A DNA stretch of 64,000 nt from Hormiphora californensis (taxonomy: Eukaryota; Animalia; Ctenophora). Made by a program: the position numbers and the translations under genes. The stretch spans positions 5,456,001-5,520,000 of the forward strand of contig CM035359.1 in assembly GCA_020137815.1 (NCBI GenBank), given 5' to 3'. Of the stretch, positions 50,579 to 63,048 are shown piece by piece (position 1 is the stretch's first letter; every line of letters begins with the position of its first letter). The notes beneath the pieces are model-generated. The model did no database searches. It had not been told where the DNA came from and saw only the letters and a program-made list of their open reading frames with translations.

Positions 50579-51373
50579 ATGTCTTTAGCAGAAAAATATT
50601 TGAAACTAATTGAGGCGGAGCGGGAAAAGATGCAAGAGCTCATTTTTCAGATGGAGGACCAACTAAAAGTTCTGAAGATGTGCCAGAGACAGTCTAAATC
50701 TTTGATACCGATCTTGAATGTTGCAACAAAATCTGAAAATGATGTCATTTCTCAGAAGAAATGTGTACGAGAAACAGGAAAATGTAACAAACCCTCAAAA
50801 ACGGAAGTTTTTCCCGATGATGGTGCAGATGAAATCCTAAAAAAGCGTAGAAATTGGATCAAATCTAAGCTGTCAACACTGAGTAAGCTTCTAAATGAAC
50901 AATACACAGCAAAGCAATTAGCATTTACACCTGTTAGGCCAGATCTTGTCGAGCCGAAAAATGATAAAGATCTGTGGGTGATTTACCAAATTCTACTGCA
51001 GATTCTTGCCGAACACGCCTCACCGCCCATTGCAGATCCAGTTAAAATAAGGGAAATAATTGCTAAAATAAATGGTCAATTTCGAAGTAAGATCGGCCAT
51101 GGAAAAGTAGAGGAAAAGGTTGCAGGAGGACTGTTCCGACTTCGCAACAATCCAAAGCAAAATATACAATACTTACCATTTAGAGACACAACTGATTTAT
51201 TGCAGCATGTAACTATTTCAAATAACCACTCGTGGGCCGAGATGGAGCTTATGAAAATGAACTTACTGTTAGAAATGGTTGAAAACTCCAAAAGGACAGA
51301 TTTAAAAGTGTTACAATTTATTCAGTTTCATTTAAACAATTGTGCTTTCGTGCCCCCTGTAATTATTAGTTAA
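50579..51373 (+). CDS. uncharacterised 264-aa single-exon protein with N-terminal coiled coil
   Basis: Long non-repetitive ORF with ordinary composition; acceptor-like ttctacag 2 nt before the ATG. Confidence 0.7.
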   Translation: MSLAEKYLKLIEAEREKMQELIFQMEDQLKVLKMCQRQSKSLIPILNVATKSENDVISQKKCVRETGKCNKPSKTEVFPDDGADEILKKRRNWIKSKLSTLSKLLNEQYTAKQLAFTPVRPDLVEPKNDKDLWVIYQILLQILAEHASPPIADPVKIREIIAKINGQFRSKIGHGKVEEKVAGGLFRLRNNPKQNIQYLPFRDTTDLLQHVTISNNHSWAEMELMKMNLLLEMVENSKRTDLKVLQFIQFHLNNCAFVPPVIIS

Positions 51374-51542
51374 ATTCACTCAATTTGCTATAGTTTGGAA
51401 TTTGTATGAAGGGAGACTTTTCGCATAATTTCCTCCACTTTTCTAGGTGTGTTATGGCACTAGAACGTCTTCGCCCTGTTCATGATTCTGGCTAGCAACT
51501 ACTACCTCTCCTACTCCTCCTAGTTCCACAACAACCTCAAAC

Positions 51543-53667
51543 ATGACGTTGCATGTCTTTCTCCTCAAACTTGTTAACTCGGGTATATTCCGTGGTTTCA
51601 TTATGTCTTGTATCCTGATCAATACCCTGACGACGGCGTTCTACGCGAGTTACAGCAAGGAAGCATCGAGATATATCACGGAGATGGAGATAATTGAGGT
51701 GATGGATTCTCTATTTCTTGCAATTTACACCATGGAATTTGTACTGAAGTTTTCGGTTAAGCCACGGGCATTTTTCTTCAATGGCTTCAACTGCTTTGAT
51801 TTTGTGGTTCTTATTCTCTCGTATTCACAGGTAAACAGAATTGATATCATCGGTAAATTGGGACTTGGGACTTTAGAATACTGATACATAGTAACATAAT
51901 AATTGTACTGATGATTTGTTTCATGTTACATCAAATCATATTATAATCGCCCTTTTCCAAACAAACACACAAAAAATCTTGTTTCAGATAATTCTTGTTC
52001 ACACGGGATCAGCAAACCTTGGTGTATTCAAAGTTCTTCGATCTGTTCGAGCACTCCGGCCCCTTCGTTCAGTGTCTTTTGTTGGTGGATTGCAGGTGAC
52101 GATTATAATGATGTGATTTTTTCTTTGTTTCGCAAATTTCAAGCCATACTTTAAAAACAGCTGCACTTCCCACTCTAAACTATGATTTGTTATGTTATAA
52201 CGCTGGCCCCCATTTACATTTGTAAAGGGTCGAACATTTAACAAAACTAAGATTTCTTATTCCCAGGTGATCGTGTCTGCTCTGTTGACAGTCCTACGAA
52301 GTACCTTTCTCCACGTGATGATGCTGCTCTTGGTGATAGGTTTCGTCTTTGTCATCATGGGATATTACTTGTTCTCAGAATCCGCTGAGGAGTGGAATAC
52401 CTTCGCTAAATGCGCCCTAAAGTAAATTATATATTGTTTTAAATTGATGAAATTTACCAGAAAGGGTTTTCATTCCTTCTTAAATTCTAACAACGATCTT
52501 ATTTCCCCAGTTTGTGTGTTTTGGTTACTGCCGAAGGTTGGCCCGACATTGAACGAGGATTTTACACTGGAGCTATCCCAGTTCTCTCACTCAGTCGCTT
52601 TTACATAGTAATCTTCCTGTTTATTGGCCACTTTGTCTTCTCCAATCTTTTCGTGGCTGTAATTATCGGCCAAATCGACAAAGGTAACTGTCTCTCTGAT
52701 AGAGCAACCGAATCCCACTTTTCTCACTTCACTAGATTTCGATAGTTTTCTCATCCCGATGATTTTCCTAAGCGACGAAAGATTACGAACGGAAAAAGAT
52801 TATGAAGTACAAGACAGATCTCGATAAGCGGAAAGCTAGAGAGGAGGAGAAACACTCAAACGATATTTCGGAACTTCTAAACGTAGTGAGGGGCGGGATG
52901 AAACCTGGCAAATTCAGACAAGCCCTCTTACGGTCATACCATCTTTTAAGATCTGACGAGTTCACGGTTCATAGTGACACGGTTCACAGCATTATTTGGG
53001 TATGTTCAATGTTGATACAATTGAAGACGATTTTAGTGGACGAAGCTTATGATTTGATTCGATGGAGAACTAAGAAATCATTTTCAGTGCACAGCGATGG
53101 CGCACGAGTATGTAAGATTGGTGCCACGGCTCAAGAGCAACCTGATTCTTCATCGCGAGGTATATATATATATATATATATCCCACACACCAGGGATGGG
53201 AATGGGATGTTTTTATAGATGACAAAACACGCTTGGATTAAATCTAGAATCTAGCTAACACCCTTCTCCCAGATGGCGCAGACACTATCAGACGTGGTAG
53301 AATCCATGGTCTATGATATGGAAGAGTTAGATATCCTTGATACGGGTATAGCCGTCGGTAACGTTGTTAAAAAATTCACTGGACGACGGAGACGAGCCAT
53401 CAATTTCCATATCGCAACACCGGTTAGTAAATTGACATTCACTTTTATAATTTACACTGATAATATCAGAAAACGATCAACAATAATTGATCTTGTTTCT
53501 CCATGAAAAACTAATTTATTTTCCAGAATCTATTGAAGCGGTGCATGGCAGCAGTTGAAGATTCGTGTTTTGAAAAGAATAGGCCCGAGTCACAGTTGAT
53601 TGACGTGCGGCCGGCAGATACAGCGACAGACTCAGATGGAGAATGGATTAGGGATCAGAGAAGGTAA
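51543..53667 (+). CDS. CatSper-family (CatSper3-like) 6TM channel subunit A; exons 51543-51830, 51988-52095, 52267-52421, 52511-52683, 52773-52999, 53088-53159, 53273-53422, 53527-53667
   Basis: S2 FLAIYTMEFVLK, S3 NCFDFVVL, S4 KVLRSVRALRPLRS, pore VTAEGWPDI, S6 FIGHFVFSNLFVAVII, then coiled coil and a CatSper3-like tail. Confidence 0.8.
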
Positions 53668-54102
53668 TCATGGGGTATTGTTTCAATGTTGTTTTTGATG
53701 ATGCTAGGGTATAAAATACTGAAGTAACCTGGAGTTGTTAAATGATCTGGGATTGTTGACCGAGTAAGACCGAGAGAGAGAGAGAGTAAGAGAACGTTCA
53801 GAGATGAATGGTAACGATCAGAAATGAATGGGGACAGATGTCATTTGTCAAATTGTTTATTTTTAAACACTCACATGTGACCCAATGTGACTATTCCTTT
53901 GTTTCACTGTAACCCATCACCCTGTTACCCACATCTCTCTCTCACTCAACATCTCTCTCAAACGAACAACTTCCAACAACTATTCACTCTCACCCACTCT
54001 CACACCCACCCATTCTCACTCTCACTCATGGTATTGTAGCCTCTATGATAAAGCTATGATGAAGTGATGAAGATACCACGCGATGTACCACCTCATTAAA
54101 AC

Positions 54103-57100
54103 ATGGATCCTGAACAAGACCCATACACTACAAGCCGCGTATCCCTGCCTACGGCCCAAACTGAATACAATGTGGGCCGGGAAGCAACACCCTCCACCCG
54201 TACTCGATCTAATGCAATGAGAATGTCCCTCACGCCCTCTCTTGCTCCCTCTGAGATTGGTGACAGGGTCGAGGTGGCTGGAGATGTGGTGGAGGCGACA
54301 TACCAACCATCACGATCTCAATTTTCGTTCGGAACAGACAACTATTTTCATCTGTTTGTCATGAAGCTCACGCACACAAAGTTTTTTAATCGTCTCATGC
54401 TGATCATTATCCTGATTAATGCCATCGTCATTTGCATACAACTGGAAACGGATCCCAAGAAAAGAGATCTACACAAAGTCAGTACAATGTTTTTCTGTAA
54501 ACACACGTGTTCATACTTCATGATTTCAATACTTTTTAGGAAACAAAACATTCGAGACAATTCTTTTAGTTTTTCATAACTCCTTCCCCCCCCCCCCCCA
54601 GGCGTTCGTCATTCTCAACGATATCTTCCTTGTCGCCTATACCCTGGAATTTCTACTCAAATTTTACTCTGATAGAACTTCATATTGGTTCTCCGTCTAC
54701 AATCTGTTCGACTTTGCCATCCTTGTCGTGGCATTCGTGGATTTAGCTCTTGCGTATATCTCAGCAAGGTTTGTGTGTGTTTTAAATGAGTGTGTTTTCC
54801 CAAAATAGGAATCAGCGATACATTTCGTATTTCATTAACCCATACTCATCACACAGATACGATGATAAAGTTATGGATTTGATTCGGTCAATGCGATCCT
54901 TTCGGGCGTTAAAAATCGTTAACTTTCTACCGGGGGTCCAGGTATTATATATTATTAGATTACTGTGATAGTGTAGGGAATTGATTAAAATTGTCGAAAT
55001 TCGACTTTATATCGCCCGCTAGTCGACTAAAACAAATTAAAAACAATCTTTTAAAATTTACCAAAACAACACTGTACGTCACTAAAATTCCCCGTTTTAA
55101 GGTGATTGCGACTGCGCTGGTGCATACCCTTAAAGAGCTGATCCAAGACGTTGTTCTTCTTCTCTTTCTCATTCTCTTCGTTTTTGGCATAATGGGATTC
55201 TACTTTTTCGGGTATGTGTGTATATATTTAATGACCGCTTATTTAAAAATCAAGTTTGACCTTATTCTATAACAGTGGAGCTCCGGTATATTGGCCACCC
55301 GCACAGCGCCTCCTAAAGCGTTTTACACAACGTCCAAAACGTCTTAGACGTCGTGTAGTGGACAACGCTTTGGGCAATGCTTTTTGCAGGCCACCAATAT
55401 GACGAAGCTTCACAGTAATCTAGTAAAATTATATGTCCAGGTATGATGCAACGTCTGATCCAGTTTTGGAATCCTGGGGATCTCTCGCCAATGCCTTTCT
55501 CTCCCTTTTTACAATTGTAACAGCTGACAGTTGGTGGAAATTCATCTTGGAGCTAATTGAAGAAGGATCATATAATCCGTTCTTATCTCGGGCTTACATC
55601 ATGATTTTCCTTTTCATAGGTCAGTACCTGCTATGCAGTAATACCTGCTAAAGTATTAGAACAATGGGAGCCCTTTGGTTGCAGTAGCATCATATTTTAA
55701 AACTTTACAGATCTTTGATTAAATATTGTTTTCGATAAAAATAGGGTTCATGATAACAACTATTTTCAGGTCACTTTATCGCCAGTAACCTTTTCATTGC
55801 TGTCATTATCACCAACATACAGTGCAGCAGTAATAAATTCAAACAACAGATGCTCAAAGAAAGGGAGATATTGGTTGAGAACCGAAAACTTGATTTCTGG
55901 AAGCGCTCTCGCAGAGAGGTTGGTAGTTACATTTTATTTACCGGGCCCCGATTTACCGGGACGATAATCTTCCACCCTGCGCCCATATATGAAACTAACA
56001 GTATTTGACCCCGATATACCGGGTACCTATACCCCGATAAACCGGGCAAAACCCTTTCCCCCGAGCATCCCGGTAAATCGGGGTCCGACTGTAGTTACAT
56101 TTAATGGAGATCTTGAGATCTCAATACATACTATTGAGTCAATAGACAGAATACAATTTCTTTGAACTTATCTTTTACATGTTTTCCTAGGTCAAAAAAA
56201 TGATTCGAGGGTCTGATGCAGATGGAGAATCCAACTTTGACCGACTTGCAACGGATTTCTACTTTGCAATTCCAAAACGAGATTTCATCGTAAAGAGTGA
56301 TCTGAAATCAAGTCGCCTTTGGATGGATGTCTTTCTAAAGGAGCTAGTCCGAAACCAAAAGTTCATGCGCAGAACAGTCAACCTGCACTTTGAAACAGGT
56401 AACATTTCATCGCATAATTTCTAGTACACAATCAGACCCCTATTGGCCTATTTACCTGGAAAACCCCTTACTTTCCCAGAGAATACAAGTAAATCGGGGT
56501 CTGAGTCGGAAATTAGCCCGACTGTAAAGAATCTACATCTACCTACATACTTATCTTAGAAATGTGTATTTCCATTTTCAACACCAGCGTTTTATTTCAG
56601 TGGAAACGATGGGTCCCTTGATAAACTATGTGGAACAAGATACACGGAAACCTAGCATCTCTCAACATTCTCGTTACACAATGAACCTAAAGGTATTTTG
56701 ATTATAGTCACACACGACATGAACCTGTAGTTCTTAACCCTTTGGGACCGATAGTGGCGTCATCGACAGAAATATCTGAAAATTGCTGGAGACACTCCTA
56801 ACAAGCCTACTTGAAAGCACAACCAAAAAACTCGTCTCTACGAACTTTGTTTCTGTGGGGTCACCAGTGACCCTATCGGTCTCAAATGGAATGCAAACAA
56901 TTGAGATTTCGTAGCTATTTTGCCTCATAACTCGAAAACCGCTATTTTTAGGGACCCTTGTTTTCTTATAACATTTTAAATTAAAAACCCGGGCCATTTT
57001 GAAAAACCACCCAGGACCCCGACCACGAGCCGAAAAAACAAAGGGCCGAGAGGGAAAAGAAGGAGCACAAAAAATCTAAAAAAAATTTTCGCGACTTAAG

Positions 57101-59205
57101 ATGTATAGATAACTGGGTTTTGGGTTTTAATTTTGGCCCTAGCCCTTTTGGGAAAAATGCCGTTTTTTAGCCTTTATCGGTGGCCAACCCTTTAAAATGC
57201 ACGTAAAATCCAAATTTCTTATTAGGTTAGGGGGAGATAGGGTCACTGGTGACCCCCCGGTTTTTTTTTCCCTTGAGCGTTGTAAATTGATCAAATCATC
57301 ACGAAACTTTCCGGGGTAAAAAACCTATGGTTTTTTTTTGATTTTGGGCCATTATGGCTCTTTTTAAACCCTTTAGAGATTTTTGGCCAATTACACCAAA
57401 ATTTCAATTTTTGGCTTAGAGTTGGCCATTTTAGTAAACTAAGAGTTCAAACTTTTTAAAAGACCCCCCAAAAAACAGCCCCAAAAAGGGTTTTTTCTAA
57501 CCCGGAAAAAATTTAAATTCTTAGTTTTTGTTCGGACCGCGTTTGAGCAAATTAGCGGGGGGGACTGGTGCCCCCGGTCTCAAAAAGGGTTTTAAAACGA
57601 AGTCACCCCATTTTGCTTTTGCGGAGGGGTAAACCCCCCCTAATTTCATTTGGTACCAAAGTTTTTACCGGGGGGAATTTTAAAAAATTTTGCCAAAGGA
57701 GTGCTGGTTTTCAAAACGGTTTAATTTCATTCCCCCTGGGGGGTTAAGTTTCCCCCCTTTCCGGAGGCCGGATGCAAGTCCCCCCCCAACCCCGAAAGAC
57801 CATTTTTTCAAAAACCCCCTTTTTTAAAGTAGGGTCCCTCGTTGATCCAGCCTTAAAAGGGCGAGTGTGGGGGTTTACAGCTGTGCACCCGGGGGTTTTA
57901 AATTTTGTATTTTAGGAAAAGCCAGCAGAAAAGACCCCCCCATTTTCCCCCCCCCCCATCTTCCCCTTGGGGGGTTTTTTTTCTCTTCTTCCTTTCCCAA
58001 ACAAAAAACTTCTTCGACCAACCCAAATCCCTCTCCAACCGCTATAGCAACGGGGTTTTTGGTTGGGGGTGAGGTAAAGGGGAACCCTTCTTTTCCTACT
58101 CAGTCCAAACGGGGTTTTGGGGGGGGGACTCTCTCCTTTGGGGGTTTCCCCGGTTTGGGGGTTTCCCAAAAAACTCCCCCCCCCTTTTTTTCCCCCTTTT
58201 TTTTTATCCACCCCCCCCTTTTACAGTTGGTTTTTATTAAAGCTCTTGAGGTTTTTTAAATATTTCTTCCTTAGCCACACGCTAGGGAAGGGGGATGTTT
58301 AAACTTTCCGAGCCCCCAATCCCCAAAAAAAGGAGGGGGGAAAAAAAAGGGAGGAAAAAAAGGGAAGACCCCCAAAGAGCCGGGGGGAAAAACCCAAGGG
58401 GCCCAAAGGGGAAGAAGAGAGAGCGGGGAAAAGGGGGAGGAGGGAAGGGGAAGAGCGAGAAGAAGGGGTAGCGATTTTGGGGGGGAAAAAAATGGGGGTC
58501 CCTTCTCCCCACCCTCTCCCTTTTATTTTTCCCCCCTTTCCTTTTATGTTTTGGTTCCCCTATTTCCTTCCCTTTTTTTTGTTAGTGGGTTTTTCCCTTT
58601 TTTCAGCCTCAGTGATGCAAGATGGAGTAATGTGGACGATTGTGTTATTCAGAAAAGCACGAGTGAAACTATCTCTTCTCCTCTCTGGATCTATCTCCTC
58701 TCGTATCCTACTCTCTCTCCTACTCTCGTCTCTGCTCTGTCTTCCTCTTCTCTTCGCTTTCAATCTTAAATCTTTTCAGTACAACACCAAATCCCGTTGA
58801 CGAGCAAGTTTGTTGAGTCGAGGTCACTTGTGTACACCATTCTTTCTCTACTCAGTTCCCATCTCGTTCTCTTTGATACGACTCATCTGATCTCTACTTT
58901 CTCTCCTGAGCTCCTCTCTCTGCGCGTCTCTCATCTCCTCTATCTATCTCTCGCTCTCTCATCTCTCTCTTCTCTTCTCTCTCTCTCTCCTTCTCTATCC
59001 ATCCCACCCTGCACACGTTGTGCTCTCATTCAATGCTCTTGAGGTATAAATATTGCTTCCTGTAGCCTACACGCTAGTAATGCGGAGTGTTCTACTTACT
59101 TTTCCTGTATTACACACACTGCACCTTCAAAACCACCCGTCTATTGCCTCAATACCGCCTTGATTCTCTCTCAGCTTTCTCTCTCTCTCGCTCTCTCTCT
59201 CTCTT

Positions 59206-59302
<97 letters not shown>

Positions 59303-59533
59303 TGTTAGTCGACAGTCTCCTTCTCCATGCTCTTCACCCACCCTCTTCACAATATTTTGTATCGCTATGCTGTGGTTTTGTTTGTTCCTCTCTTATTTTA
59401 CAACACTTCACTCTCGTCTTTTTTTCAGCATCGCCTGAGCCCGCTACAGATGCTACAAGCTCCTTCGAATAATCTGAACCTTCCCCCTGGAAGAAGAGCT
59501 AGCTTCCGACGGCCGTCCATGTTTGGGACGTAA
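54103..59533 (+). CDS. CatSper-family (CatSper3-like) 6TM channel subunit B; exons 54103-54477, 54602-54768, 54857-54941, 55102-55211, 55441-55619, 55770-55918, 56191-56398, 56601-56692, uncertain exons within 58000-58825, probable last exon 59429-59533
   Basis: S2 FLVAYTLEFLLK, S4 IRSMRSFRALKIV, pore WGSLANAFLSLFTIVTADSW, S6 GHFIASNLFIAVIITN; the 3' end crosses low-quality sequence. Confidence 0.78.
55935..56091. mobile_element. 5'-truncated pogo/Tc1-type MITE copy; degenerate copies at about 56430-56525 and 2105-2173
   Basis: Right TIR aaatcggggtccgactg|ta is intact; flanked by direct repeat gtagttacattt. Confidence 0.8.
56738..57589. mobile_element. piggyBac-like non-autonomous element (TTAA|CCCT...AGGG|TT..AA)
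   Basis: ttaa|ccctttgggaccg on the left, cggtctcaaaaaggg|ttttaa on the right (homopolymer noise); internal inverted ggggtcaccagtgaccctatc. Confidence 0.6.
57000..58600. other. low-quality assembly segment with homopolymer inflation; similar at about 9000-9150 and 11400-11800
   Basis: Dense runs of C, G, A and T typical of unpolished long reads. Confidence 0.75.
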
Positions 59534-59906
59534 ACACTGGAATGCGGGAGAAAACACTGGAAAGTGGGAACTGATAGAACATAGTATATTAATGAAGTGG
59601 GAAAGAGAAAATGTTTGTAGGGACAGTGTTGAAAGAAAAACAGACTGAGTCGGTTGAGATCGATAGAGTCGACATTATATTGTGGGCAATACTGTTTATA
59701 TTTATCTTCATCATAGAATGTATTTTCCTGCTTACACACGCCCCCGACCCCAATTCTCTTTCTTGCTTCCTCCTTCTACCTCTACCATTTACATTTGTTT
59801 TTCTTCTCTTTTACTTCTCGCTTGCCCTAACCTCCCTGACCCCAGGTTGCTTTCCTGTTCCACCTACCAACTAACCTTACTATTTTCCCCCTTGTAGCTA
59901 GCAACG

Positions 59907-62900
59907 ATGCCAAAGTCCTCAAAATCTAATGCAAAAGCTAATGTAAGTTTAAAATTGGTTCCAAATGTTCCAAAACTTGATAATGAATTGATAATTTTAT
60001 ACTTTCTCATACTCAATTTTGTATGATACGTATGCAATGAAAACTAACACCACTTCCCCTCAGACACGATCGACACCAGACACCGCGGAAGGAACTCGCC
60101 GATCCTCCCGACCCCAGCGGAAGCGTGTCTGTATTGATACATTTGAGCACATTGGCAGTGACGAAGAGAAGGCTCTGAGTGCTGCCCTGAAAGCCTCATT
60201 AGAGGAAAGCGAACCACCGACAACTGAGCCTGTTTCACCGCCAAAAAAGGGTCGCGGTCGGCCGAGAAAAAAGGTCAAAGAGAAAGAGGAAGAGGAGGAA
60301 ATTCCGAAGACAAAAACTAAGAAGCAGAAAGAAGAGGAAAAGACTGAAGTTCCAAAAAAGAGAGGTCCAAAGAAGAAAGAAATTGAGAAAGAGGAAGAGA
60401 AATCCGAAGATTCTGTTGAAAGTCCCAAAAACAAACGCAAAAAGACGAATGGCAGTAATGATGCGAAAACCGGCAAAAAACCAGCAGCCGTACCTCTCGC
60501 ACAACGGAAGTTCGCTGCAGTTGCTTCAAACGGTCGACGGGCACCTTCACGGCGAAAAGCAACTCCAAAACCAACGTCTGCAGAACGAAAGGCACCTGCA
60601 CCGCCCGAGAAAGACGGTGAAGATACCCTGAAAACGGAGGAGTTTGTCGACTACCTCTGCCTTCGGAAAAGTGTCCCCTCAAAGTCTGAATGGAAGAAGT
60701 TCAGTGGAGAGGACGAAGAGGATGGGTTAGTGATAGCAGAGAGCGAGGAGTCAGCTACTGAAGATGGTGAGGAATTTAAAGTGTTTGAGTTTCGTGATTC
60801 TATGACTGAGGACGACAGTAAGACGACAGTGACTACCGGTGACCGTGACAAACACCCGACAAACAAACGGAAACCACTCCCCAAGAAACGCCGTCTAACA
60901 CAACAGCATTATGAGGCGAAACTGAAGGCGAACTACCTTGCAACTCTCAATTCGGTTCCGGTATTTCGTCCAACTGGGGAGGAATTCAAGAATCTCCACG
61001 CATACCTTGCCAAGCTGCAACCCCAGTTAGAGGAGTGTGGGATGGCCAAGGTTATCCCTCCACCGGGATGGAAACTACCCAATCTGATTCAAGAGGATAT
61101 CCGGTTTACGATGTGTCAGCAAGAGGTCCACAGGTTGTACCAGAGGAATGGCCCTAGCACGGCATTGCTGAACCAGATTCGGTCTCATCTGGTTCATGAA
61201 CACGGTATGGAGTGGAAGGGCCTGCCGTACATCGGTAGTTCACCGGTAGATTTAGCGAAGTTATCCGGGTTGATGAAGAAGCACGGTGGGCTGCAGGTGG
61301 TCATTGACAAGAAGAAGTGGGTGAAAATTGCTGATGAGATGCGGATTCCAAATGTCGCTGAGAGGGCGAGACAGGTTGAAGAGGTGTACTGTAAATACCT
61401 TCTCTCATTTGATCTCCTATCCGATGTTGAGCTGGCTAAGTTGAGACCCATCCCTGATGTGGAAGGGGAGGGAATTGAAGAGAGGACAGGTCGCAAGATG
61501 ACTCTCCAGGCCCTTAGGAGACACGACACTAACATGAGAAAAGGAAAGTTCACTCCGGATGGGCTGGCTGCGACCACCACCGCAGAGCAGAATTTCTGGA
61601 GAACCGTTAGTGATGCTGAGGAACATTTTGTAGCACTCAAAGGAGTGGAGTCCACCAAGACGCATGGTAGTGGTTTCCCCGCCTATGAACCTCGATACAT
61701 TGCCCAGAGTGATTGGAATTTAACGAATCTGAGGAACCTCCCTGATGGGGTCATGGGATTTTTACCTGCTGTGGATACAATTACAACACCCAAACTCGAG
61801 TTTTCATCGCTTTTCTCTGCCTCTGGTTGGCATGTTCAACCTCACTTCCTGCCACTGATATCTTACAACCATCTCGGCAATGTGAGAGTGTGGTATGTTA
61901 GTCCAGATAGTGAGAAGGTCCTGTCAGCTCTTCAGGAAGTTGCCCCTCGTATCGGCGGGGGTGTGAGGCATGTTATCGACCCAAACTCTGTTATCATTCC
62001 TCCATCTGAGATGATAGCTCGTGATATCAGGGTGTGTAGAGCCGTTCAGAAACCAGGGGAGTTCATAATTACTGCTGCTAAATCGTACACCGCTTCATTC
62101 AACCTCGGTCTAAATGTTGTGGAGTCTGTTAATTTCGCGGCTGAAAAGTGGCTAAACTGTACAGTTGATAGTGTAAGGTTGTATCAGGGCCACAGACTCC
62201 GACCACCGGTTAATATTCCCGGGCTTGTTTGTGATGTGATGAAGCGACAGGACACGCTCAGTGAGAAGATGCTAAGGGAAGCAGAACCCTGCCTTACCGC
62301 TTTGTTGCTTGAGGAGCTAGATTTGAGAAAGGAGGGAAAGTTACAGCGGGTCTCACCCGGTGGAGGGATTGGCAAAACAAGATATTGTGCAACCTGCCAT
62401 GCTATCTGTCATTTTTCGTTTGCCACTGCTAAAACCAAGGACTCTCCAACATACTGCTTAGCCCACGCTGGACCTACTACCACCGTGTATTGTCTTCACA
62501 GTGACGGGGACTTACGCGAACTTCTGGATCGACTTGAGAAACGTCTCCACCCTAAACGAAGCATCGTCCACCCGGTCCAAGCCCTGGCACGTTCAGTGTC
62601 CCGTCCTAACCCCACTCCTACAACCCCGACCACTGCGGTAACAAGAACATCATCACCGGCTAGTGTTTGTCCTGCCTCACCAGCTGAAGAGGAGGCATTG
62701 CGAGAGAATAAGGGAGGGCTGGATCTTCAACAAGTTACACAACCATCACAACAGGATACCCCTCTAGTCCCTCCCCCACAAGTTTCAGATGCTATCCAGC
62801 CAAACAGCCTGGTGTTCATATCATCAACCTCAGCGTCTGTCTTTGGACCAACCACCCTAGCACGGCCCATCCCGATAAAACCAGCTCCGATTAACCCGTT

Positions 62901-63048
62901 GAAACTCCTCCCCTCCCTTCTGGTGCACCCCCAACAACAAATGATACCGCCCGGTGCTGCTGCTGCTGCTGCTGCCGCGGCTGTAGCTGCTGCACGGTCT
63001 GCTGGCATTACACCTCCTGCCGCTCTCTGGGAGTGTTACCAACCATGA
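59907..63048 (+). CDS. JARID2: JARID2 / Jumonji (PRC2 accessory subunit); exons 59907-59942 and 60064-63048
   Basis: UIM-like EEKALSAALKASLEE, AQRKFA, FVDYLCLR, JmjN VPVFRPT..EF..GMAKVIPP, ARID, GSGFP, degenerate JmjC, C5HC2-like finger. Confidence 0.88.

Noticed and set aside
53660-54103. Fusion of the two 6TM genes into one TPC-like two-domain channel
   Set aside because: A has a full C-terminal tail and stop, B has an in-frame TAA at 54097 before its ATG, and the 53664 to 54040 splice hits a stop
57867-58800. Several Pro/Phe/Gly/Lys-rich ORFs
   Set aside because: Unpolished homopolymer-rich segment; only small real exons of channel B may be hidden in it
60019-60063. ORF-track start of JARID2 at 60019
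   Set aside because: Intronic TTG; the real start is more likely the ATG at 59907 spliced to 60064
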